Shown piece by piece: positions 19,624-29,629 of a DNA stretch of 64,000 nt. Position numbers and translations under genes: made by a program. The stretch's first letter is position 1. Each line of letters begins with the position of its first letter. The notes beneath the pieces are model-generated. The model was given only the letters and a program-made list of their open reading frames with translations. It was not told the origin of the DNA and searched no databases. The DNA comes from Candidatus Aenigmatarchaeota archaeon (lineage in GTDB: Archaea; Aenigmatarchaeota; Aenigmatarchaeia; Aenigmatarchaeales; JACQIB01): NCBI GenBank assembly GCA_016198755.1, contig JACQIB010000005.1, forward strand, positions 128,001-192,000, in the 5' to 3' direction.

Positions 19624-20394
19624 ATGGTTGAGCTAAAAACTGTGAAATCAGAATTGGTAGCAAAAGAGAGAGATATAGTTTCACCTGGGGATTTGCTTGC
19701 ACGCGGGTTAGATTTTCTGCCTGGTTCCGGAGCTTATAGAGCCGGACAGGAAATAAAGAGCAAATATTTGGGTTTGGTTAAGACAAAAGACAGGCTTGTT
19801 ATTGTTGTGCCTTTGTCCGGAGTTTATATTCCAAAGTCCGGAGATGGGGTAATAGCTTTTATAGAGGATATGCAGCCTACTTTCTGGATAACAAACATAA
19901 ACAGTCCATATGATGCAATTTTGCAGGTTGGAGAAGCTGTGAGTGAGTATGTGGAACAGGGAGCTGATATTTCTGTATATTATGATATTGGGGAAGTGAT
20001 ATACGCAAAAGTTCTGGATGTTACAAGAGGGAAGCAAGTTAGATTAACAATGAATGATTATAAGGCCAAAAAATTAGTTGGTGGTAGATTGTTAACAATA
20101 ACCCCATCAAAGGTTCCAAGGGTTATTGGAAAAGAGGGTTCTATGATTGAGGTTATTAGAAGCAAGACTGGAACTATGCTTACTGTTGGGCAGAATGGGC
20201 TTGTTTGGCTTAAGGGAGGATATGAGGGGCTGGCTACAAAAGCTGTTTTAATGATTGAAAAGGAAGCTCACACTGAAGGGTTGACTGACAGGGTAACGGA
20301 GTTCCTTGAGAATGAGCTGGCTGCTGCCGGATTAAAGCCGCCTGCAGCGGAAGTTAAAATGATAAAGAAAGTTAGAGGGGAAGAAAATGAGTAA
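19624..20394 (+). CDS. rrp4: Exosome RNA-binding subunit Rrp4
   Basis: S1+KH domains, VPRVIGKEGSMI, VGQNGLVW. Confidence 0.95.
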   Translation: MVELKTVKSELVAKERDIVSPGDLLARGLDFLPGSGAYRAGQEIKSKYLGLVKTKDRLVIVVPLSGVYIPKSGDGVIAFIEDMQPTFWITNINSPYDAILQVGEAVSEYVEQGADISVYYDIGEVIYAKVLDVTRGKQVRLTMNDYKAKKLVGGRLLTITPSKVPRVIGKEGSMIEVIRSKTGTMLTVGQNGLVWLKGGYEGLATKAVLMIEKEAHTEGLTDRVTEFLENELAAAGLKPPAAEVKMIKKVRGEENE

Positions 20395-21115
20395 GATTGG
20401 AGCTCCTGAAAAGCTTATTGTAAACGGGAAAAGGCTGGATGGAAGGGAATTGAAAGATTTCAGGCCTATAGTTTTGGAGTCTGGAAACCTGAAAAGAGCC
20501 CTTGGTTCAGGACTTTTCAATTTTGGATCAACGCATGCTATTGCTGCTGTTTATGGTCCGCGCAACCTCCATCCCAAATGGATGCAGGATCCTTCAAGGG
20601 CTGTATTGAGATGCACCTATACTATGGCACCATTTTCAACAACAGAAAGGAGCAGGCCTGGCCATTCAAGGAGGAGCACTGAAATTTCAAAAGTTGTTAA
20701 AGAGGCGCTCTCGCAGGTTATTTTCTTTGAGGAATTCCCGAAAGCTGTTATAGATATTTTCATAGAAATTGTACAGGCTAATGCAAGCACGCGCTGTGCA
20801 GGGTTGAATGCTGCTGCAATTGCTTTGGCTGATGCAGGAATACCAATGAGGGATTTGGTTAGCTGCTGTTCAGTAGGAAAGATAGATGGAAAGATTGCTC
20901 TGGATATGGCCGGACTGGAGGATAATTTTGGGGATGTGGATATTGCTGTTGCAACAGTTGGGGGAACTGATAAGGTTGTATTGCTTCAGCTGGATGGAAT
21001 TTTGAGCAAGGAAGAGTTTTTTGAAGCAATTGATTTGGCTGTGGATGGATGCGCAAAAATAAATGATATGCAGAAGAAAGTTTTAGTTGAAAAATACAGA
21101 GGGGAAGAAAAATGA
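20387..21115 (+). CDS. rrp41: Exosome subunit Rrp41
   Basis: RLDGR, AVYGPR, MAPFS, RRSTEIS, STRCA. Confidence 0.96.
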   Translation: MSKIGAPEKLIVNGKRLDGRELKDFRPIVLESGNLKRALGSGLFNFGSTHAIAAVYGPRNLHPKWMQDPSRAVLRCTYTMAPFSTTERSRPGHSRRSTEISKVVKEALSQVIFFEEFPKAVIDIFIEIVQANASTRCAGLNAAAIALADAGIPMRDLVSCCSVGKIDGKIALDMAGLEDNFGDVDIAVATVGGTDKVVLLQLDGILSKEEFFEAIDLAVDGCAKINDMQKKVLVEKYRGEEK

Positions 21116-21882
21116 TAAACAAGAATGAAAGTTATGTGCGCAAGCTTATAGAAGATGGGACTAGGGAAGATGGAAGAGGATTGACTGATTTCAGGGAAAT
21201 TTCTGTTAAAACAGGTGTTATAGAGACTGCTGAAGGATCTGCTGAAGTAAAGATTGGAAACACAATGGTTTTGGTTGGAGTTAAAATGGAAGTTAAAGAA
21301 CCATATCCTGATTCTCCAAATGAGGGGGGATTTGTTGTGGATGCAGAGTTTGTTCCTTTGGCTTCACCTGATTTTGAAAATGGGCCTCCTGGGGAAGAAG
21401 CTGTTGAGCTGGCTAGAGTAGTTGATAGAGGGATAAGGGAGAGCCATGCTGTTGATATGGAAAAGCTTTGTATTAAGGAAAAGGAAGCTGCATGGACCGT
21501 GCATATAGATATACATGTGCTTGATCATGATGGGAATTTGATTGATGCTGCTTCTATTGGAGCAATGGCTGCATTGCTTGATACAAAAATGCCGAAATGG
21601 GATGCAGATAACAAGAAAATTATAAGGGAGCTTAAAGGGAAGCTTCCTGTTTCTGATAAGCCTGTGGAAATCACTGTTATAAAAATAGGAAACAAGCTTT
21701 TGGTTGACCCGACAGCAGAAGAGGAATCTGCATTGGATGCAAGGCTGACAGTTGCTACATTGGAAAACGGGGAGTTATGCGCAATGCAAAAGGGCGGGGA
21801 TGGATACTTTACTGTTCCTGAAATACAGCAGGCTGTTGAGCTTGCGATAGATAAGGGCAAGGAACTGAGAAAGCTGTTATAG
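21112..21882 (+). CDS. rrp42: Exosome subunit Rrp42
   Basis: AEGSAEV, ELARVVDRGIRES, DGNLIDA, AMQKGG. Confidence 0.96.
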   Translation: MINKNESYVRKLIEDGTREDGRGLTDFREISVKTGVIETAEGSAEVKIGNTMVLVGVKMEVKEPYPDSPNEGGFVVDAEFVPLASPDFENGPPGEEAVELARVVDRGIRESHAVDMEKLCIKEKEAAWTVHIDIHVLDHDGNLIDAASIGAMAALLDTKMPKWDADNKKIIRELKGKLPVSDKPVEITVIKIGNKLLVDPTAEEESALDARLTVATLENGELCAMQKGGDGYFTVPEIQQAVELAIDKGKELRKLL

Positions 21883-21890
21883 GGGATTTA

Positions 21891-22166
21891 ATGGCTACAA
21901 AAAAGGTTGGATCAACAGGAAGATTTGGGCCGAGATATGGAACAAGGACAAAAAAGATAGTTGCAATAATGGAAAGCACCCAGAAAAAACCGCAGCAGTG
22001 CCCATACTGCGAGCGCATGGCACTGAAAAGGGTTGCTGCAGGCATTTGGGAGTGCAATAAATGCGGGAAGAAATTTGCTGGAGGAGCTTATTTCCCTTCG
22101 AGCGCAGTTGGTTCAGAAATGCTTAAAAGGATGGAAGTTGAAAAGATGGAAGAGACAAGTGAATGA
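21891..22166 (+). CDS. rpl37ae: 50S ribosomal protein L37Ae
   Basis: GRFGPRYG, CPYC, GIWECNKC, AGGAY. Confidence 0.97.
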   Translation: MATKKVGSTGRFGPRYGTRTKKIVAIMESTQKKPQQCPYCERMALKRVAAGIWECNKCGKKFAGGAYFPSSAVGSEMLKRMEVEKMEETSE

Positions 22167-22167
22167 T

Positions 22168-22302
22168 ATGTACAAGTGCGTTAGTTGCATGAAAAGCATA
22201 GAATTTGATAATTTAAAGGAAAAGATACGCTGCCCTTACTGCGGGTACAGGATTATTGTAAAGGAAAGGCCGAAAACCGTAAGGAAAGTTCTTGCACGGT
22301 GA
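22168..22302 (+). CDS. rpoP: RNA polymerase subunit P (Rpo12)
   Basis: MYKCVSC ... IRCPYCGYRIIVKERP. Confidence 0.93.
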   Translation: MYKCVSCMKSIEFDNLKEKIRCPYCGYRIIVKERPKTVRKVLAR

Positions 22303-22306
22303 GCAA

Positions 22307-22528
22307 TTGAAAGCTGATATTGAAATAGACTGCAAGGATTCTGAGATTGTTTTGAAATCTATTGAACCTGATATGGAACAGACAAAAAAGTTTTCTGTTT
22401 CTTTGAAAGCCGGAAAGGGAAAAGTTCTGCTTTCTGTCAGCTCTGAAACAATAGCAGGATTAATGGCTGGGGTTTCCAATTACCTAAAGCTTATAAGGGC
22501 TGCTGCAGAAACAGTAGAGAGGATTTAA
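22307..22528 (+). CDS. pcc1: KEOPS subunit Pcc1
   Basis: Size, KSIEPD motif, position between rpoP and pfdB; TTG after GGTGA SD. Confidence 0.7.
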   Translation: MKADIEIDCKDSEIVLKSIEPDMEQTKKFSVSLKAGKGKVLLSVSSETIAGLMAGVSNYLKLIRAAAETVERI

Positions 22529-22897
22529 ATGCCAGAAACAATATCGCTTCCGCCTGCAGCACAGCAACTTTTCATGCAGTTGCAGACTTTCCAGCAGCAG
22601 TATCAGGCTATTGTTTTGCAGAAGGAGACTATGGGAATGCAAAAAATAGAGACTGAGAAAGCTCTCGAAGAACTGGCAAAAGTTGGAGATAAGGAAGAGG
22701 TTTACAAGGCTGTTGGACCGATTTTGGTTAAAAGCACTAAATCAGTGTTGGTTTCTGAGCTAAAGGAAAAGAAAGAGACTGGAGATTTAAGGGCTAAGTC
22801 TCTGGAAACACAGGAAAAGAAACTCAAGGAAAAGCTGGAAGAGATTCAGGGAAAACTTCAGTCTCTTTTAGTTTCACAGCAGAAAAAAGCTGCTTAA
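22529..22897 (+). CDS. pfdB: Prefoldin beta subunit
   Basis: Coiled coils around VYKAVGPILVK hairpin. Confidence 0.95.
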   Translation: MPETISLPPAAQQLFMQLQTFQQQYQAIVLQKETMGMQKIETEKALEELAKVGDKEEVYKAVGPILVKSTKSVLVSELKEKKETGDLRAKSLETQEKKLKEKLEEIQGKLQSLLVSQQKKAA

Positions 22898-23307
22898 GGT
22901 TTGACTGCTTCTTTCAAAACCAAATCAACGCCCGGAGGCAATCCAGCTCTCCTTCTGTCAAACACACGACCACCGGTTGTAGGTAGGGGTTTTGCACCAT
23001 ATGCTGGAGTTGTTGCACCATAAGCATTTCCCTTACCCATTTGTGCAATATAATCTGCAACAGCCCTATTCGTATCATCTGCAACCTTTGCTAAAACAGC
23101 TGCACCGCCACCAACAATTCTGCCTTCTCCATTTGTTGGAAGCATAGCCACATATCCATTAATAGGATGCCTTATATCGAGATATTTATTAAATGCATCT
23201 GGATCTATAGCTGGATGTTCTTCTACCAATACCCTAACAGCTGCAACCCTTTTTTCATGTAAAATCTCTGAAGCAGTTCTCCCATCCAAAGTTACTGTAA
23301 CTACCAT
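22894..23307 (-). CDS. Hypothetical protein
   Basis: 137-aa ORF with TTTAAATA box upstream. Confidence 0.55.
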   Translation of the reverse strand: MVVTVTLDGRTASEILHEKRVAAVRVLVEEHPAIDPDAFNKYLDIRHPINGYVAMLPTNGEGRIVGGGAAVLAKVADDTNRAVADYIAQMGKGNAYGATTPAYGAKPLPTTGGRVFDRRRAGLPPGVDLVLKEAVKP

Positions 23308-23419
23308 AGTTTCACTACTGTTAAATATATATTTAAACCTGCTGTTTTTACCCGCGGAAGCGAGTTATAATTCTGCAATCAGCGATGTTGGGAAGCTTTT
23401 AAAAGTTAACTGTAGAAGA

Positions 23420-24391
23420 GTGGATATGGAAGAGCTTGTGAAAGCTGTTGGGAAGCTGAAAGGGAAGGGACTTTTGCTTACGCATCATAATGCTGATTTG
23501 GATGCTGTTAGCTCTGCACTTGGATTAAAATATGGGCTGGGAAAACTTGGGCTGGAGATGGATATAGGAGTTGCAGAGTCTGTTTCAAGGGCTGGGAAAA
23601 AGCTGCTGGGGAGTGAAGAGATTATAGTGGATCCTGACTGTAAAAACTATGAATGGGTTTTTTTGGTGGAAACTTCAGTTCCAGAACAATTAGCTTCAGT
23701 TAAAAATCTTAGGGTAGATTTGATTTTAGACCATCATCCAGCTGGTCCGCTGGTTAAGGGAGCTAAAGCTGTTTGGATAGATGAAAAGGAAAAAGCTGCT
23801 GCATTAATGGTTTTTAGGCTTTTGAAAGTTCTTGGAGTGGAAATAACAGCAGAAATTGCAAAGATTCTGCTTGCTGGTATTGTAGCTGATACAGCGCACT
23901 TAAGGCTGGCTGAGAGGGGGGAATTTTTGGTTGTTGCAGAGCTGCTGGGAACAGGGGTTAAGTTTTCTGATGTGCTGAACACAATTGAGGGGGAGGTTGA
24001 TTTTTCAGAAAGGGTTGCTGTTTTAAGAGCGCTGGGAAGGATAGAGGTTTACAGGCTGGGGGAGCTTTTGGTTTGCTTTACAGAGATTGGTAGTTTTGAA
24101 TCACAGACTGCAAGAGCTTTGGTAAAAGCTGGGGCTGATATTGCTGTTGTTTTTGACAGGAAAAAAGAAGAACTGAGAGTTTCTAGCAGAGCTAAAAAAA
24201 CTATAGAGGACAGGGGGATTGATTTGAGCATATTGTTTATAGAAGTGGGAAAAATAATCGGTGGGACCGGCGGAGGCCACCCTACAGCTGGATCTGCTAA
24301 CGGGAGGAAGGTTAAGGCTATTCCTGAGGTTATTGAATTTTTGCTTGGAGAACTTGAGAAAGTATATGGAAAGGCAGAAAGGCTGGAATGA
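23420..24391 (+). CDS. DHH/DHHA1 phosphoesterase
   Basis: HHNADLDA, LDHH, DT, GGGHPTAG. Confidence 0.92.
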   Translation: MDMEELVKAVGKLKGKGLLLTHHNADLDAVSSALGLKYGLGKLGLEMDIGVAESVSRAGKKLLGSEEIIVDPDCKNYEWVFLVETSVPEQLASVKNLRVDLILDHHPAGPLVKGAKAVWIDEKEKAAALMVFRLLKVLGVEITAEIAKILLAGIVADTAHLRLAERGEFLVVAELLGTGVKFSDVLNTIEGEVDFSERVAVLRALGRIEVYRLGELLVCFTEIGSFESQTARALVKAGADIAVVFDRKKEELRVSSRAKKTIEDRGIDLSILFIEVGKIIGGTGGGHPTAGSANGRKVKAIPEVIEFLLGELEKVYGKAERLE

Positions 24392-24402
24392 ACTTTAAGT
24401 TG

Positions 24403-24837
24403 TTACAAACCATGACCTGGAGCCACGCGCCTGGCCACTTGAACAGGTCTTTCTGGGGCCATACTCCTTACAAAATAATCATAATCTCTTGTGGATAGAC
24501 TATAACGTGCTAAGGCTTCATCAATATGCCCTGCACCCATAACTATCATGTCACCAAGACAGACAGATCTTTTCATTTGCTGTTCAAAACCATGGAAACC
24601 ATTTGGTCCATCATTACCTTTGATTAAGACTCCATTCATGAGTTCTACGTTAGCGTGGTTTACTTCACACCCGCTTCCAGTGTAAACTCTTTCTAACTTT
24701 CCCATATACGCATTTGAACTCCAAACTCTATCACGGACTCTATCACGGGGCCGGATAAGAACATAACCATGCTCTCCTTGGAGGGGACTGAGCATTTCTT
24801 TCCAAGTTTGTATGTCATTTATTATAATAACTGCCAT
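24403..24837 (-). CDS. Hypothetical protein
   Basis: 144-aa ORF with TTTAAG box upstream. Confidence 0.55.
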   Translation of the reverse strand: MAVIIINDIQTWKEMLSPLQGEHGYVLIRPRDRVRDRVWSSNAYMGKLERVYTGSGCEVNHANVELMNGVLIKGNDGPNGFHGFEQQMKRSVCLGDMIVMGAGHIDEALARYSLSTRDYDYFVRSMAPERPVQVARRVAPGHGL

Positions 24838-24918
24838 TGAAAAAATAGAGCTGCAAAGGCTTAAATAGCTCGCTTTACAGTAAGCTCTTAGAGGGTTGAA
24901 TAATGGGGGTTGTGATTC

Positions 24919-25170
24919 ATGTTCGAGCAGATAATTCCTTTACTACAGCAGATAGCAGAAGACAGAACAGTTCCGAGGAACATAAGAACAAAGTGTGAGG
25001 ACTGTATAAAGAACCTGAATTCTGGGACTGAGGAAATGAGCATAAGGGTTAATACTGTTATTTCATGCTTGGATGAGGTTGCAAATGACCCTAATTTACC
25101 TATGTATACTAGGACACAGGTATGGAATATTGTAACCGCTTTGGAAGCTGAAGCTAAGGGGGAGAAATAG
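24919..25170 (+). CDS. UPF0147 family protein
   Basis: DRTVPRNIR, DPNLPMYTRTQVWN. Confidence 0.9.
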   Translation: MFEQIIPLLQQIAEDRTVPRNIRTKCEDCIKNLNSGTEEMSIRVNTVISCLDEVANDPNLPMYTRTQVWNIVTALEAEAKGEK

Positions 25171-25235
25171 GGAAAAAGGGAGATATTTATATATGCTAAT
25201 CGACTATAATTAACATAAAATATGGAGGCGATAAA

Positions 25236-25571
25236 ATGGTTCTAGAAAAGCTGTTTGGAAAGAGTGTTGGTGGAGAAGAGAGTTATATTGAGTTAGATAC
25301 TAGCGCAGCTGGAGCTGAGGGAGGAAAAGTTCCTATATTTGTTGATAAACTGGTGGATTTTGCTGATTCTGACAGAATACAAAAGTCCCTGAGAAATGGC
25401 TCTATTGTTTTGGTTAAAATAAAGCCATTGAAAGAAAAGGATATGAGCGAGCTAAAAAGGGCAATAGAAAAGCTCAGAAAGACATGTGTTGCACTGAACG
25501 GAGATATTGCAGGTATAGATGAGGATTGGATTATACTCTGCCCCTCGTTTGCGCGTATTGCAAGAGACTAG
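25236..25571 (+). CDS. sepF: Cell division protein SepF
   Basis: GSIVLVKI, LKRAIEKL, GDIAGI, archaeal SepF pattern. Confidence 0.88.
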   Translation: MVLEKLFGKSVGGEESYIELDTSAAGAEGGKVPIFVDKLVDFADSDRIQKSLRNGSIVLVKIKPLKEKDMSELKRAIEKLRKTCVALNGDIAGIDEDWIILCPSFARIARD

Positions 25572-27500
25572 TTAACCTACCCGTTCTCCGGGTTTTACCT
25601 TTTTCTCTGGTACAACTAAAGCCAGCTTTCCCTCATTTGTTCCAACAGCTAAAAGCATTGCCTCGCTTGTTAGCCCGAACTTTTTGTATTCGCGTGGAGC
25701 AAGGTTTTTCAGCAAAATTACCTGCTTTCCTATTAGTTCTTCTGGACTGTAAGATTGAGCTATGCCTGCAACAATTGTTTTCTTTTCTCCTGAATTAACT
25801 GTAAGTTTCAGCAGCTTGTCTGCTCCTTCTATCTTTTCTGCTGACAAAATTTCAGCTGAAACAATCTCCAGCTTTTCAAAGTCAGACCAGCTTGCCTGTA
25901 TACCTGTTTCCACCGTTTTCTGCTGTGCAGGAGGTTCATACTTTTTGAACAATATCTCCTTCTTTCCAAGCTTTCCTGCTTTTAGAACACCGAATTTATC
26001 TATCTGCTTTCTGTTAAATTCTGGAAGCAGACCAAGCTGTGAGTAGATTTTTTCAGCTGTAGCTGGCAGGAAAGGGGATAAAAGAGCAGCGGAGAATCTT
26101 ATGCCTTCTAAAAGAGTATAAATTATTTCTGCAAGCTTGTTTTTGTCTTGGACTTTCCAGGGCTCGGTTTCGTTAATATAGTTATTTAGAGTAGAAGTAA
26201 AAGAGAAGATTTCCCCCAGTGCTAAATGCAGCTTAAAGTTTTCAATATTTTTCTCCACCTTTTCTCTCGTTTCCAGAGCTATGAGAGCTATTTTCTCATT
26301 GGACTTTGCTTTTGGAATGCCTGAAAAATACTTTTCAGCTAAAGTTAGAGATCTGTTTAATAAGTTTCCTAAATTATCTGCTAAATCCTTGTTATACCGC
26401 TCTATGAAAATTGTGCGGGAAAAGTTCCCGTCCTCGTCAGAGGGGATTTCCCTGAGCAAATAGTGCCTTAACGCTTCTGCCCCGAATTCTTTTATGTAGT
26501 CTACAGGGTCTATAACATTTCCTATTGTTTTGCTCATTTTTTGTCCTTCAATTGTAACAAAGCCATGTGTCAAAATCTTCTTTAAAGTAGGAAGACCGGC
26601 AGAAAGGAGCATTGCTTCCCACAAAATAGCATGGAAACGGAGGATATCCTTTCCTAAAATCTGCAAATCCTGAGGCCAGCACTGCGCAAACAGTTTTTTG
26701 TCTGAGCTAAAGCCTATTCCTGAAAGGTAGTTTGTAAGGGCATCGCACCATACATACATTACTTGTCCTTTATCCCCGGGTACTGGCACACCCCACGTTA
26801 AAGTTTTTGTGGAGCGGGAAAAGCTAACATCTTCCAGTCCCTCTTTCAAAAAAGAGAGCATTTCACTCTTTTTGCCCTCTGGCAGGATTTCCAGCTCTCC
26901 GGATTCTATCAACCTTATTATTTTGCCTGTATATTTGGATAAAAAGAAAAACCAGTTTTCCTCTTCTATCTCATCTGGCTTTTTGTTATGAAGTGGACAG
27001 ATACCATCTACCAAGTCGCGGAGATTCTTGAAGGATTCGCAGCCTGTACAGTAAAGCCCGCTATATTTTTTCTTGTACAAATCCTTGCTTTTTTTCAGCC
27101 TTTTCCAGATTTCCTGAGCTGTTGGATAGTGTCTTTCTTTGTCAGTAGTGCGGATAAAATCATTATTGGAAAGGTTTAGTTCCTTTGCAAGTAACGCAAC
27201 TTTTGAAACGTTTTCATCCACAAATTGTTCCACAGGCTTTCCGGCCTTTTCTGCAGCCTGCTGGTTTTTCAGCCCATGCTCGTCAGTTCCAATAAGAAAA
27301 AACACCTTCTTTCCCAGCAATCTATTCCAGCGGGCATAAACATCGCCTTCTGTAAACTCAAGTGCATGCCCAATATGTGGCTTTGCGTTTGTATAGGGAA
27401 TTGAAGTTGCAATATAGAAGAATTTTTTAGACGATTTAGTTGTAGAAAAACGTTTACTTTTGCCCTTAACCTTTGGTTTGCGTGTGCGTAGTTTTCTCAC
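25572..27500 (-). CDS. metG: Methionine--tRNA ligase with C-terminal tRNA-binding OB domain
   Basis: PHIGH, GTDEHG, YVWCDAL, GKDILRFH, KMSKT. Confidence 0.96.
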   Translation of the reverse strand: MRKLRTRKPKVKGKSKRFSTTKSSKKFFYIATSIPYTNAKPHIGHALEFTEGDVYARWNRLLGKKVFFLIGTDEHGLKNQQAAEKAGKPVEQFVDENVSKVALLAKELNLSNNDFIRTTDKERHYPTAQEIWKRLKKSKDLYKKKYSGLYCTGCESFKNLRDLVDGICPLHNKKPDEIEEENWFFFLSKYTGKIIRLIESGELEILPEGKKSEMLSFLKEGLEDVSFSRSTKTLTWGVPVPGDKGQVMYVWCDALTNYLSGIGFSSDKKLFAQCWPQDLQILGKDILRFHAILWEAMLLSAGLPTLKKILTHGFVTIEGQKMSKTIGNVIDPVDYIKEFGAEALRHYLLREIPSDEDGNFSRTIFIERYNKDLADNLGNLLNRSLTLAEKYFSGIPKAKSNEKIALIALETREKVEKNIENFKLHLALGEIFSFTSTLNNYINETEPWKVQDKNKLAEIIYTLLEGIRFSAALLSPFLPATAEKIYSQLGLLPEFNRKQIDKFGVLKAGKLGKKEILFKKYEPPAQQKTVETGIQASWSDFEKLEIVSAEILSAEKIEGADKLLKLTVNSGEKKTIVAGIAQSYSPEELIGKQVILLKNLAPREYKKFGLTSEAMLLAVGTNEGKLALVVPEKKVKPGERVG

Positions 27501-27601
27501 CTTTTCCTATATGTATAATTTGTTATTAAACCTATTTAATTAAATGTTTTAACCATTTCTATGTACTATAGATAAATAAGTTTAAATACTACAAATACAA
27601 C

Positions 27602-27841
27602 ATGTTTAACATGGGAACGCAGATTACAATAAGAGATGTGGATACGAAAACATTTAGGGAGTTTAAGGCTGCATCTGTGTCTAGGGGATTGAAATTGGGA
27701 ACTGCAGTAACTTTGGCCATGGAAAAATTCAAGTCAGAAATAGAGGGAAAGGAAAAATTTGCAGCGCTAAAACCCATTAAATGGGGGAAAGGAACGGAAC
27801 GAGTAAGCGAAGATGTTGACAAAATACTTTATGGCGAGTGA
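27602..27841 (+). CDS. Putative VapB-type antitoxin (RHH-like)
   Basis: Small, N-terminal ITIRDVD strand-helix, SEDVDKILYG tail; overlaps PIN gene. Confidence 0.75.
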   Translation: MFNMGTQITIRDVDTKTFREFKAASVSRGLKLGTAVTLAMEKFKSEIEGKEKFAALKPIKWGKGTERVSEDVDKILYGE

Positions 27842-28236
27842 AAATGATCTTTATAGATGCCAGTTTTTTTCTGGCTTATGATAACGAAAATGATGTGCAC
27901 CACAGCAGAGCTTTGGCTATTTTGGATGATATAGAAAAATATGGTCCTGTATTTACATCTGATTATATTCTAAATGAAGTTGTAGGAGTTGGCCTTAGAA
28001 AACTGGGAAAGGAGAGAGCCGTTACTTTGGGACAGCACATACTAAAAACAACTTTCATTATTAATGTAGATGAACATATTTTTTCTGAGAGTTGGGGAGC
28101 ATTTTCAAAGACCGATCTTAATTTAAGTCTTGTTGACTGCACGACATTGGTTATTATGAAGCTTGCGAATGCTGGCAAAATTGCAACCTTTGATAAAGAA
28201 TTCAGAAAAATAAATTATTTGGATGTTTTGGAGTAA
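27838..28236 (+). CDS. vapC: VapC-type PIN toxin
   Basis: IFIDASFF, ILNE, SLVDC, ATFDKEF. Confidence 0.88.
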   Translation: MKMIFIDASFFLAYDNENDVHHSRALAILDDIEKYGPVFTSDYILNEVVGVGLRKLGKERAVTLGQHILKTTFIINVDEHIFSESWGAFSKTDLNLSLVDCTTLVIMKLANAGKIATFDKEFRKINYLDVLE

Positions 28237-28330
28237 AGATATTTTAAGCTTCCTACTCGCTTAATGGAAAGCCTTTTAAAGCTGCCTTTCCCCTAGGAAG
28301 GTTTTTGTTTCAAAAAAGCAATAATTTGGT

Positions 28331-28816
28331 ATGGCGCCTCCGCATGTTTACATCGAAGAAAAGAATGTCAGGGATCATAATAGACGGGGGCGTTTAGTTG
28401 CACTTATTAGATCTGATCCTGGAGTTAATTTTTCTGGGTTAAGGGAGTATATGGGAGAAAGGGGAACAGATGGGAGTGTAAAGCCGCTGCCGCAGGGAAG
28501 CCTGACTTATCATTTGGATATATTGGAAGAATTTGGACTGGTAAAGAGCGTTTATAGAGGCAGGGAAAGGCTTCTCTATCCAACAGGTTTCAAAGTACCT
28601 AGAAACCATCTGAGAACTGAAGAGGATAATAGAATATTGGATATTTTGAGAGGAGTACCGGAAGTAACCCAGAGCAGGCTGGCAGAGCTTGCTGAAGTTG
28701 CGCAGAGCACAATGAGCTATAGGCTGAGAAGGCTTGCTGATTATATAAAAGTGGAAAGGGTTGGGAAAGAAAATAGGTTGTTTGCAAAGGATGTGGAAGA
28801 TGATAAGGTTATTTAA
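28331..28816 (+). CDS. Double winged-HTH transcriptional regulator
   Basis: PGVNFSGL ... LTYHLDILE; TQSRLAELAEVAQSTMSYRLRRL. Confidence 0.8.
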   Translation: MAPPHVYIEEKNVRDHNRRGRLVALIRSDPGVNFSGLREYMGERGTDGSVKPLPQGSLTYHLDILEEFGLVKSVYRGRERLLYPTGFKVPRNHLRTEEDNRILDILRGVPEVTQSRLAELAEVAQSTMSYRLRRLADYIKVERVGKENRLFAKDVEDDKVI

Positions 28817-28846
28817 GTTTTGATTATCGAGTTTTAACTGGATAAT

Positions 28847-29626
28847 ATGGTAACAACAAACAGGGATATAATAGATAATTTAGCTCCTCTGCTGGATTCC
28901 CCTAAATACAATGAACAGGGGATTGGAGCTCCACTAAGGTTTGTGAATGGTTCTGTTGATGGGCAACTGGACTGGAAAAAGAAAGGTTACCTATCCAGAT
29001 TAACATGGTCTGAGGCAAGGAGAGTTGCTGGATTAAGGGGGGAGAAATTGTGCTCCCTTCCAGGAGCGATTGCAAACCTTAGCTTTATTCCTGATGGGTA
29101 TGGGGTTCATTTGGCTGGACCTGTTTTTTATAGACCCGAACCTGTTGGGACTGCAAAACCTGCTGCTGAAGGGATAAGGGTTGAGAGGGTTTATATGCTA
29201 AAGGAACCTGCGGTAACCCTTAGTGGAGAGCAGGTTGTGCTGGATGGAGTGAATGTAAAAAATGGTTCATTGGTATGCAAAGATTTTATAGATGCTGAGC
29301 TGGCATTTGAGGATTATAGATTGAGAGCTGTTGGAATGGATGATTTTATTGGGCTTGCTGAAAGAAATGGGCTGTTTAGGAGGGGTGAACTGGAGGCTGT
29401 TAGTATAAGGGATTTGGAGGAACAGCCGAAAGCTGAAGAAAGGGTTGTTCTTGACAAAAAAGTGCATTTCCAGTTTGGTGGGGGGAGATGGGCTCTTCCA
29501 AAATTAAGTTCTTTGGGTAATAGGGTTACAGAAGAGGGGAATAATGTTGCTTTGCTTTATGTTGAGTTTGTGCCAGCAACTGAAGCTGATGGATTTACTC
29601 TAGTAATGCCGGAAAGAAAGATTTAA
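28847..29626 (+). CDS. Hypothetical protein
   Basis: 259-aa ORF, no motif recognised. Confidence 0.6.
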   Translation: MVTTNRDIIDNLAPLLDSPKYNEQGIGAPLRFVNGSVDGQLDWKKKGYLSRLTWSEARRVAGLRGEKLCSLPGAIANLSFIPDGYGVHLAGPVFYRPEPVGTAKPAAEGIRVERVYMLKEPAVTLSGEQVVLDGVNVKNGSLVCKDFIDAELAFEDYRLRAVGMDDFIGLAERNGLFRRGELEAVSIRDLEEQPKAEERVVLDKKVHFQFGGGRWALPKLSSLGNRVTEEGNNVALLYVEFVPATEADGFTLVMPERKI

Positions 29627-29629
29627 AAT

